A stretch of 64,000 nucleotides of DNA from Bacteroidota bacterium (lineage in GTDB: Bacteria > Bacteroidota > Bacteroidia > Chitinophagales > Chitinophagaceae). Each line of letters starts with the position of its first letter. Within the stretch, counting starts at the first letter, position 1. The position numbers were made by a program, and so were the translations under genes. Location of the stretch: the NCBI GenBank assembly GCA_018267545.1, contig JAFDYG010000465.1, positions 15,556 to 79,555 on the forward strand, read 5' to 3'. The notes under the pieces were generated by a model. That model was given only the letters and a program-made list of their open reading frames with translations, searched no databases and was not told the origin of the DNA. Shown here one piece after another: positions 55,801 through 63,190 of this stretch.

Positions 55801-56017
55801 GGATCAGCTCCCACATCTTCTCCGCCACCCGGAACGAATGCTCAGAGTTGTGCAACGTAAAGTCCTTTGGCGTCGTCGCCCCCAGGTCCAGGATCGTTTC
55901 GATCCTATCCATCACCTCCGGGCGCTCCAGGAGGTTCCGCATGGCTGCGGCGTAGGGGCTTTTTCTTTCGGTTAAGGTTTGATATATAGTGGTATGTATC
56001 CAGCTTTGTTTCGGCAT
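52874..56017 (-). CDS. HD-phosphohydrolase / GHKL ATPase fusion protein, paralog 2 (1047 aa)
   Basis: It has the same architecture as paralog 1: FTLHNSEHSFRVAEKM...LLSAYLHDIGMSP, FREIIQNAFDAVKE, EDGGVGMT and GRTGQFGIGVLSYF. Its C-terminal third is divergent and AT-rich. It lies 8 nt upstream of paralog 1. Confidence 0.75.
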   Translation of the reverse strand: MPKQSWIHTTIYQTLTERKSPYAAAMRNLLERPEVMDRIETILDLGATTPKDFTLHNSEHSFRVAEKMWELIPDETKEVLSDYELGLLLLSAYLHDIGMSPEFDRVQRHHGFLTSETGSGLLSEEEVKELQEWIDNDEGAGGLDIRKAVVNDERLSDYILSYYIRHKHNDWSGDWINTNLTALPLKNYLHWVDDLVLVCKSHHEGLDHLLKGDFDPKPIGDEAIVHLRYLAICLRAADVMENDPERTPEVILTHRQVSENSLKYWLKDHQFATRQKGSGYVIVARPDKAFIHKAIEDTADQIEQELRLCEELVRLRPLTHSPSLELKGYLWAVEPIIKRDIQPKPGTYEYIQGAFRPNTAKILELLGGNQLYGDSIWAFREIIQNAFDAVKERIAYQIITNDLEPVEGATIWGKLINVTISLERRGDEYWLVCEDGGVGMTKGVIERYFLQSGVSRRHEIMELERECKRRGFNLGRTGQFGIGVLSYFMLADKIVIQTKRELNTGYRDEESIGWRFEINGRHDFGELAKEKSLKSGTKIELKLKKEIVGAIDTWDTEFEKLFKTNVRRAPCTLHYKSFSGRTVRLEAGWTAGHQDIIDKIIEKSGLVRKSEDNDKALLTHQDKELRKAFALIYEETVEEIRKSICFIEEEGIVSDFVKYRLHIPYFKLKKGNSLVFLKEQMHEGIHFINEIGNGHIWSPDLIPLLSLKGIQIELSQSLDRWFKHIYLELDFEELGSSKLQVNRKEMMCDDLFLQAVRQRLQERVDGLFLKNRAMFDNCYSMLGSLHLGFVPKEPYWATASPYENFKDSVIWEKIKYPAVDDSTHFKASEADYRYNDLVLDGEKLQRLRFELKKYISNSDSFGGGMDLDIYFKLYYRLAFKPDDTSYPFLVMDGKPIGKDIFFHEVVLPSSWNKILLMESNHSKNVLNGNHPLVKYYDEDTFVKFFKFDSGEASPDVNNKVECVSFIIYAAYSFSPDKWEALYELYPDMMEGIFKTLGLKEIYFLMSTVSRIDEEGFDYFREETMDSYAPYLDTPEYLIKIVERDQTQ

Positions 56018-56044
56018 ACCCTAATATAGGCATTTTCCTGCTTA

Positions 56045-57607
56045 TCAATTTCCAAGAGAAGACAGGTTATACGTCAGGGAGAAAAAATACCCGGCAAGCG
56101 GAAATTTTGTAACGGTAGGCACGGCCTCAGGCAATAGAGCCGCAGGGTATTGCGCCCCTTCAGAATAAGCCTTATCGAGAACCTTGCTTTCCCTCAGCGT
56201 AAGACCGGTGCTCAAAACGAGTCGATTTTTGTTCCCGATGATCAATGACGGCCCCACGTGGAGATTGACGACAGTTGCACCAGTATTCAAACTGGCGCCT
56301 ATCGAACCGGCCAGTTTTATAGGAGCGCTGGAACGACGATAGATGTGCATCAGCGCACCGATCGATACCAATGCTTTCTTTCCTGCGTTAGCGTATGAAA
56401 TGGTCGATAAGGAGTCGGTCACTGGTTTATAATAGTAATCCTTCCCAAGAAAATCAGGATTGCCCGCGTTGATAAAAAGTCCTGTACTGAAATCGATCTT
56501 GATCCCGCCCTTTGTCCGGAGGGTTACCGCAAATTTCTGTTCATTTGGCTTTGGACAAGTCAGCAGGGGGTCGGCGGTCACCGTGAACGTCACTTTTGCC
56601 TCGTCCCGCTTCATAGGGATCAAAGGGGCATAGTATTCGTAGCTGGACGTATTGATCCGTTTCAGGTCATCGAACAAACTATATATCTTACCATCGTCAC
56701 TGATTTTGTGGATGTTGGCCAACAAATCTTTGGCTTCCGCCATTCGGTCCTGCATGTCTTTCGTGACATGGTCATAGTCGTCCTTTGTTCGAGAGACTTG
56801 ATCCTGAGCATCTCCCTGCGCTGCCTTTGCTTCACGTACTTTCGCCTCTGCCACGGGAGCGTCTCGAGTGCCCTTTGCCTTTTTCAATGCTTCGTTGGCG
56901 GCGTCGAGCGCATCTTGCGCTCGTGCGAGTCTTTGCCGGTTAGCCGAAAGTTTTTGCTGATAATCTTCATAGCTCTTATCGCTATACTGATGGAGCAGCT
57001 CGTTCATTCTCCTCAGTGCATAGTCGGCACTTTTGATTTGATCTACTGCCAGTGCATTCCATTTATTGGCGACCTCACCGATTTCGTTGCCGCCTATATT
57101 TAGATCGGACGCGCGTTGAACGACCAGTTGTTTGACCTGGCTGATAATATTCGCGGAAGTCTTGTCACATTGTTTGCTGATTGCAACGGCCTGATTGTGG
57201 ATATCCACTCCATGATTGATCAATAGAGCAGTGGATACGATGACGTTGTATTCGCTATAGAAGTCCTCCTTCCGACTACTGGCCGGGGTAGCAGCGCTGC
57301 TGTCGGCAAGCGAGTGGTCGCCCGGGGATTTAGAAGCACCAGTAATGAATGCGGGAAGTGTCAGCGTGGTGAAGATAGCAGGGACTGCAGTATTAAAATT
57401 CGACGTTACCGTGTCCGCAGAAACCTTATACAGAAACCGGTTGATGTTGATGAGTTTAACCTGCACACGTTCGCCATGCTCAAACTCATAGTATTTCGTA
57501 GCATCGGGGAGCGATAGATAGTCGATGGTCTTTGTCGTGATCTTGGTCGACTCACAGCCGACCATCCCACCTACTGCTATAAGCAACAAGTAATAAATGT
57601 GTTTCAT
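56045..57607 (-). CDS. Lipoprotein with a central coiled-coil region (hypothetical)
   Basis: It has a lipobox signal peptide, MKHIYYLLLIAVGGMVGC. Its ATG at 57607 overlaps the metzincin stop (ATGA). It also has an Ala/Lys/Asp/Gln-rich helical centre and a beta-rich C-terminus. Confidence 0.55.
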   Translation of the reverse strand: MKHIYYLLLIAVGGMVGCESTKITTKTIDYLSLPDATKYYEFEHGERVQVKLININRFLYKVSADTVTSNFNTAVPAIFTTLTLPAFITGASKSPGDHSLADSSAATPASSRKEDFYSEYNVIVSTALLINHGVDIHNQAVAISKQCDKTSANIISQVKQLVVQRASDLNIGGNEIGEVANKWNALAVDQIKSADYALRRMNELLHQYSDKSYEDYQQKLSANRQRLARAQDALDAANEALKKAKGTRDAPVAEAKVREAKAAQGDAQDQVSRTKDDYDHVTKDMQDRMAEAKDLLANIHKISDDGKIYSLFDDLKRINTSSYEYYAPLIPMKRDEAKVTFTVTADPLLTCPKPNEQKFAVTLRTKGGIKIDFSTGLFINAGNPDFLGKDYYYKPVTDSLSTISYANAGKKALVSIGALMHIYRRSSAPIKLAGSIGASLNTGATVVNLHVGPSLIIGNKNRLVLSTGLTLRESKVLDKAYSEGAQYPAALLPEAVPTVTKFPLAGYFFSLTYNLSSLGN

Positions 57608-58404
57608 TTCTTTTTCCAATAATGTGTGAATATAAATTGAGAATCCAGTCGTGACAGTTTCTGTGGCCAGGGGATCGCCAATGACCCCGGCTTCAAGATA
57701 GAAACAGGTACCGCATAGAGCATGATAGACAGGGAATCGAACCGGGAGTGGTCTGCACCATCGAATTGCTTAAGGACAAACTGGTCGACCGAATCTCGTC
57801 CCCAATGGTAGACGCTGTCATAATACGCGTAAAGTCTCGTCGTATCCCAGTTGATCTTTGCATCTGGGCTTTGCAATTCATGCAACAGGCCAATCATATG
57901 GCCGAATTCGTGCAGTACCGTTCTTGTAAAAAGGGCGCTGTCTTTGGTCTCATCTAGTCCTTGAAGGCACATAGTCGTCTGTCCTTTGTACCTGGGGTCA
58001 AGGGCCTGCTTACCGACAAGGGAGCTATAGCCGAGGCAGTCAAAGCAAATCCGGATATCGCTTTGTTCCTTTAGGCTGACCTCCCGTAATTTTAATTTCG
58101 CCATGTTGGTCCAAACCTTCCCCAGAGCAAGGACTCTGTCGGTAATGTTCAGCGGACCGCCATCAAAATATACCCTGATCGTGGCGCCGATGTCCCATAA
58201 AGTGCTTTTTACCGCTACCCAGGGCAAGGTAGTGTCGCCTTTCCGGTCAAAAACCAGTTGAGAAGGAAGGATCGTGCAAAGCGGTGTGCCTGGGGGGCTG
58301 GTATGGACATGCTGATGGGGCCTCTGACGGAAAGGCCAGAGACCCCACAGGCCCAACAACAAGACGATAATGATTGCAACGGTTATTTGAAGGCGCATTG
58401 ACAC
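57604..58404 (-). CDS. Membrane-anchored/secreted metzincin zinc metalloprotease (astacin/M12-like)
   Basis: The motif VLHEFGHMIGLLHE matches HExxHxxGxxHE. It has an N-terminal hydrophobic anchor (ITVAIIIVLLLGLWGLW). Confidence 0.75.
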   Translation of the reverse strand: MSMRLQITVAIIIVLLLGLWGLWPFRQRPHQHVHTSPPGTPLCTILPSQLVFDRKGDTTLPWVAVKSTLWDIGATIRVYFDGGPLNITDRVLALGKVWTNMAKLKLREVSLKEQSDIRICFDCLGYSSLVGKQALDPRYKGQTTMCLQGLDETKDSALFTRTVLHEFGHMIGLLHELQSPDAKINWDTTRLYAYYDSVYHWGRDSVDQFVLKQFDGADHSRFDSLSIMLYAVPVSILKPGSLAIPWPQKLSRLDSQFIFTHYWKKK

Positions 58405-58468
58405 GCCGGCAAGATAGACGCTGTATTCTAGTCAAAAAACGGGGAAAACACCCATTTTTTTTGGCAGG

Positions 58469-60271
58469 TTATGACTTTACAAATTTCATTTCTTTAAAAT
58501 TCCACCCCCCTTTCACTGCCCGCACCCTGAGCACATTAGTCCCCTTCTCCAACCTCACCCCCTTCACACTTACCTCCTTCCAACCATCCCCTGCCTCAAT
58601 CACCACATTCTCCCTATTCAAGAACGACAATGCACCACTCCCCGACACCATAAACTTCACCACATACTTCCCCGCCTCTGCCACATTCACCGTATACTGC
58701 ATCCACTCCCCATCTTCAATGCTAAAAACACTATACTCAGAAGCCGAACCCTGTATATCCACCCCATCATTCCGATACGTCCACCCCCGATTCCCCGCCC
58801 CCGGATTCTGCGGCATCTGATACTGATACCTCGCCGAATCATTATCATGATACGCATATCCATTCCTCCCCAGATCAAAATCCACCGCCTTCACCACCGC
58901 CCCATTCCGAATCACATGCGCCACAAACGGCCTCGTCTCAACGGACCCCACCTGCCTGAACATCGCATCCGTCACATCCCTATGATATATATTGTTCTGC
59001 ACCTTGATATCCTCCAGCAGCTGATTCAACGCAGCCTCCGCTTCCGCCTGCGTCGGCTTCGGCCCATTCTTCAACCAGTAATTCAACAACGAAACATACC
59101 CAGGCGTCTGCCTAATCTCCAGCGGATTATTAATCCCCATCTTCTTCTCCTGCCACCAGCACCACCCAATCTGACGAGACTCCACTAACTGTATCGCCTC
59201 GGTAAACCATGTATTCGAATTCTCCCCCGACTCCCCCAGCCACAGCGGAAAATTATACTCCGACTGCCAGTTAAGAAACCCCTGCACCGCCGCAACCGTA
59301 TTCACATTCCCATACTTATGAAAACTAACCGCCATATTCTTATCCCACAGCGGAAAGATCCCATTATAGTTGTTCCCAAACCCATTTCCCTCCACGATAA
59401 TAATATGCGACGAATCCACCTCGCGTATCGCAGAAGTAATCTTCATCATCAGCTCCCGAAGCGGCTTGTTCGACTTCTCCTTCGTCCCCCGGCGATCCGC
59501 AGGATCCTCAAAACCCCAATTCGGCTCATTAATAATATCATACCCCCCAATATTCGGGTCGCCAGCATAACGAGCAGCCAGCTTCCGCCACAACGCAATC
59601 GTCTTCTGTTGATTGGCCGCAGACTCCCACAAAGACGGCTTCCCCGGATCACGGTCCGAAATATTCAGATCATTCCCCTGTCCACCCGGAGCCGCATGCA
59701 AGTCCAGAATCAGATACATATTATTAGCCCGGCACCACGCCAGCAAACTATCCGTCATCTCAAATCCTTTAGAAATCCAGGTATTCTGCCCAGCCACCGG
59801 CTCAGCCTCCACCGGCAACGTATACAACCCATAGTGCATCGGCAGACGAATCGAATTAAAACCCCAGGCCGCCATCGAGTCGATATCCCGGCGTGTCGTA
59901 TGATTCTTCAGCCACCCCTCATAAAAAGCCTTTGTCTTCTCCTCCCCAACCACATCTACAATACGCTGACGAATATGATGCTGCTGACCAATGTTCCCCA
60001 GTTTAAACATATAGCTCTCCTGCAACATCCAGCCACCAAGACCCATACCCCGAAGAATAACGGTCTGCCCGGAAGCATCGACAATAACCTTTCCATTAGC
60101 CTTTAAAAAACCACGAGGAGCCGTGGTCACGCCCGCCGACGCCGCCCCGGCCACATTCACCGCCCCAGCGCCGGAAGCAGCCGCCACCTTCACCGGAACA
60201 GAATTTTGAGCAAAGGAAAAACCCAGGGTAAAGACAAAAGCAAGCGTTAAACAGAATAAGTGTTTTTTCAC
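58469..60271 (-). CDS. Glycoside hydrolase family 5 (cellulase/mannanase-type) with a C-terminal CBM6/35-like module
   Basis: It has a signal peptide, the acid/base motif GYDIINEPNWG and the nucleophile motif PLWLGESGEN. The C-terminal beta-sandwich has EDGEWMQYTVNVAEAGKY. It has a GTG start overlapping the upstream stop (GTGA). Confidence 0.85.
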   Translation of the reverse strand: MKKHLFCLTLAFVFTLGFSFAQNSVPVKVAAASGAGAVNVAGAASAGVTTAPRGFLKANGKVIVDASGQTVILRGMGLGGWMLQESYMFKLGNIGQQHHIRQRIVDVVGEEKTKAFYEGWLKNHTTRRDIDSMAAWGFNSIRLPMHYGLYTLPVEAEPVAGQNTWISKGFEMTDSLLAWCRANNMYLILDLHAAPGGQGNDLNISDRDPGKPSLWESAANQQKTIALWRKLAARYAGDPNIGGYDIINEPNWGFEDPADRRGTKEKSNKPLRELMMKITSAIREVDSSHIIIVEGNGFGNNYNGIFPLWDKNMAVSFHKYGNVNTVAAVQGFLNWQSEYNFPLWLGESGENSNTWFTEAIQLVESRQIGWCWWQEKKMGINNPLEIRQTPGYVSLLNYWLKNGPKPTQAEAEAALNQLLEDIKVQNNIYHRDVTDAMFRQVGSVETRPFVAHVIRNGAVVKAVDFDLGRNGYAYHDNDSARYQYQMPQNPGAGNRGWTYRNDGVDIQGSASEYSVFSIEDGEWMQYTVNVAEAGKYVVKFMVSGSGALSFLNRENVVIEAGDGWKEVSVKGVRLEKGTNVLRVRAVKGGWNFKEMKFVKS

Positions 60272-62934
60272 GGTGAAATATTTGATAAGAATTCAGATAA
60301 TGAAACCTCATTTTCAATAGAAAGCTTCTTCCGCAGCCGGTAACGGCTGCTCTCCACCCCTCGAATCGAAAGATTCAACAAATCCGCTATCGCCTTGGTC
60401 GACAAATTCAATCTTAAATAAGCACACAACTTCAAATCAGAAGGCGTCAGCAACGGATACCCCTCCCGCAATGTCTTCAAAAAGTCATTGTTCGATTTGT
60501 CGAAATACTGCGAAAACCGCTCCCAGTCATCATTCATCTCCAGTTGCTCATTAATGATCTTGATAATCCGCCGGACGTTCTTCGCACGCCTTTCCGGCTC
60601 CTCTTCCTCCTGTAACTTCAAGATCTCGTCCTTTATCTTGTTCATCAGCTCGCGCTTCTGAAGCAAATTCATCGTATTCGAAGCCAGCTCCACATTATTA
60701 TGCTCCACCTCGGTCTGCAACTGCACATTCTTCAGCCGCATAATCTCCTTCTCGCTTTTTTCGATCTCAAGCTGGTGCTGATACTGCAGCCGCTTCTGCT
60801 CCTCATCGAACTTCTCCCGCTGCTTACGCAGGCGGTCCGTATGCTGCTGGATGTACTTCTGCTGCTGGCGCTTATAAAAGAAATACATGATTGCAATCGA
60901 CAAAACGACATAAATAACATAAGCTACAATCGTATTGTACCACGGCGGCGAAATACTAAACTCAAATCGAGTCACGGCCGACTGCTGTCCGTTACTATTC
61001 CGCGCCAGCACCTCAAAGACATAATTCCCCGCGGGCAAATTCGTATAGGACCGTTCCGTCCGCTTAGACCACGCGGACCACTCCTGCTCATAGCCGCTAA
61101 GCCGGCAGCTATACTCCACAAACTCCCCAAAATAAGGCGACGAATATTCGAAGTGCAGCGAATTCCACTTGTACCGGATAGAGCTCGCAAACTTATAGCT
61201 GTCATAAAGCTGCGACGAATCCTTCCTAAACAAATACCCCCCAAACAACACGCTGTCCCGCTCATGAAAAGCCGTGACGTTCCGCAACAAAATCCGCAGC
61301 GGTCTATTCGTCGCTCGATACTTCTCGTAATTGATATGGTAAAAACCCACCTCTCCCGCGATCAGGATATTATTCTTATTGATCGGGTAGATAAATTCCT
61401 CGTCATTCCCCAGCACGCTATTATTGAGTTCCGAGAAATAGGTTATGACAGGACTCTCCGGATGCGATAAATCAATAACCCCCGGTCGCTTATTTTCAAT
61501 AAACCAGATATTCCCCTGTGTATCCTCCCGCAGATAAGAAACCGACTTCGAACCCAGCAGACGCTTAAAAAACTCCGATTCCTTAAAATCCTTAAGTCCC
61601 TGGTCATACTCGAAAATCCCTACCCTTGTCACCAGGACTATCTTATTTTGAATCTTATACAGGTGATTATGCCCCGAAGACAGTATCCCCTTCTTATCGA
61701 TATACGGATGACTAACCGGCGCGCCCGTATCATTGAAGGTTATCTTATACAACCCCTGATAGGGATGCACCACCCAGATATCATCCCCCGAAACCACCGT
61801 ATACTTGGCCGATTCGAAGAAAGCATGAATCTTAGGATTGACAAACTTCCCATTGACGTAGTTATACACATTGACCCCGCTATACGTTCCCGCAATAATC
61901 CTTGGCGCCGGCTGCTGCCCACTTAAAGGCTGAAAAAACCAAAAGCCATTCGATGAATCGAGAGCAGTACAAGCATTCCCGGCCACAATAAATGCCCCAT
62001 CATTCTTACCCATCAACAGCTGATTATTGACGACCGAAAGCCCCCAGACAATCCCATTGCTCCCCTTCACCAGAGAAAAATCCTGCTGCATTCCGCTCAA
62101 ATCATTATCCGGCCGCAGCGGCATGCTAAATAAGCCATAGCCCGTACCGATAAAAAGTTTATTATCATGAATCGCCGCCGAGTACCCCGGACTCCGATTC
62201 TCCGAGCTCGGCGTGATATGATTGATCGCACTATTGTAAATAACCAGGTCGATCCCATTATTGAGCCCCAGCCAGAAATTCTTTTCCCCATCGACCATGA
62301 TCGCATTGATCGTATTGGACTGCAGCCCCTCCTTCTTGGTGACGTGCTGCAAAATTTCGCTCTTCGTATTAATCACATAATAACCATCCAGCCGCGTACC
62401 GACGATGATCTGCTCGGTGTCGACCGCGCAGATCACATGGACAAATTGCGAGCTAAGCATCGACAGCGTCGGTGACTCCAGCTTGCGCAAGCTATCCTTG
62501 TCGTATAAATAAAATCCCAGCCTTTGACTCGCCATCAATATCCCATGCGACCCAAAGGTCGTCAGGGCCCGAATACCAATCCGGTCGTGACTAAACTCGG
62601 GGCGCGGACTCAGCTGTACCCAGCCCGTATCCTTAAAAACCATCATCCCATGCTCGTACTGCTGGGCGATCAGCAACCCACGGGCAGTAGCAAGAAAGCT
62701 CCAGTTGATGCTTTTATAAGCGGTGATATGGCCGTCGTGGAGGCGAAAAATGCGTTTGTTCGACTGGAAAAACACATCGGCCCCATAATGAACCACCCGC
62801 CAGACGTCGGTAAAATCGGTCTCCCCCGCAGGAATCTCCGGCTTTAACGACCGATAACTCAGCGCACCCTTCGCATCTATATCGAAATACCCAAAATCCT
62901 GCTGACCTCCGACATAAACCCGATCGTCGACCAC
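60268..62934 (-). CDS. Hybrid sensor regulator: beta-propeller/Y_Y_Y domain, TM helix, coiled coil and LuxR-type HTH
   Basis: Propeller-like repeats are followed by a Y_Y_Y region (YRLSGYEQEWSAWS...YTNLPAGNYVFEV), a TM helix (IVAYVIYVVLSIAIMYFF), and a C-terminal LuxR HTH (LTPSDLKLCAYLRLNLSTKAIADLLNLSIRGVESSRYRLRKKL). In-frame homologous sequence continues upstream to 63189 without a canonical start codon (see the finding on this gene). Confidence 0.8.
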   Translation of the reverse strand: MVDDRVYVGGQQDFGYFDIDAKGALSYRSLKPEIPAGETDFTDVWRVVHYGADVFFQSNKRIFRLHDGHITAYKSINWSFLATARGLLIAQQYEHGMMVFKDTGWVQLSPRPEFSHDRIGIRALTTFGSHGILMASQRLGFYLYDKDSLRKLESPTLSMLSSQFVHVICAVDTEQIIVGTRLDGYYVINTKSEILQHVTKKEGLQSNTINAIMVDGEKNFWLGLNNGIDLVIYNSAINHITPSSENRSPGYSAAIHDNKLFIGTGYGLFSMPLRPDNDLSGMQQDFSLVKGSNGIVWGLSVVNNQLLMGKNDGAFIVAGNACTALDSSNGFWFFQPLSGQQPAPRIIAGTYSGVNVYNYVNGKFVNPKIHAFFESAKYTVVSGDDIWVVHPYQGLYKITFNDTGAPVSHPYIDKKGILSSGHNHLYKIQNKIVLVTRVGIFEYDQGLKDFKESEFFKRLLGSKSVSYLREDTQGNIWFIENKRPGVIDLSHPESPVITYFSELNNSVLGNDEEFIYPINKNNILIAGEVGFYHINYEKYRATNRPLRILLRNVTAFHERDSVLFGGYLFRKDSSQLYDSYKFASSIRYKWNSLHFEYSSPYFGEFVEYSCRLSGYEQEWSAWSKRTERSYTNLPAGNYVFEVLARNSNGQQSAVTRFEFSISPPWYNTIVAYVIYVVLSIAIMYFFYKRQQQKYIQQHTDRLRKQREKFDEEQKRLQYQHQLEIEKSEKEIMRLKNVQLQTEVEHNNVELASNTMNLLQKRELMNKIKDEILKLQEEEEPERRAKNVRRIIKIINEQLEMNDDWERFSQYFDKSNNDFLKTLREGYPLLTPSDLKLCAYLRLNLSTKAIADLLNLSIRGVESSRYRLRKKLSIENEVSLSEFLSNISP

Positions 62935-63190
62935 CGCAAGCGAACGGACGATACTCCCGTTGGGCAGAGAATAGGTCTTCCAAAAAGTGCCGTCGAAAAC
63001 TAATAACCCATCGTCATTAGCAAAATAAAACAGCCCCCGCCGGTCCCGGTCGATGAACCGATTCTGGTTCCCCGAGGCATAAATCTTCTTGGTATAATTG
63101 ATGATCTCCGGTATGAGAATCCCCGTCTGCCCAAAGCAGCGCGAGCCGGGCCCAATACCGACAATCAGTGCAAAAAATATCGTTAAGAGC

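Noticed and set aside
58405-58468. An A6-cGGGG-aaaaca-CCC-aT8 element between GH5 and the metzincin gene, considered as a bidirectional terminator.
   Set aside because: The stem is only 3-4 bp, too weak to call. The U/A tracts alone are common in intergenic DNA.
59318-61470. Plus-strand ORFs of 262 aa (59318..60106) and 256 aa (60700..61470) with extreme Pro/Arg/Ile/Leu/His composition.
   Set aside because: They are antisense to the GH5 and Y_Y_Y genes. The absence of stops follows from the C-depleted coding strand (few TCA/TTA/CTA complements), not from coding potential.
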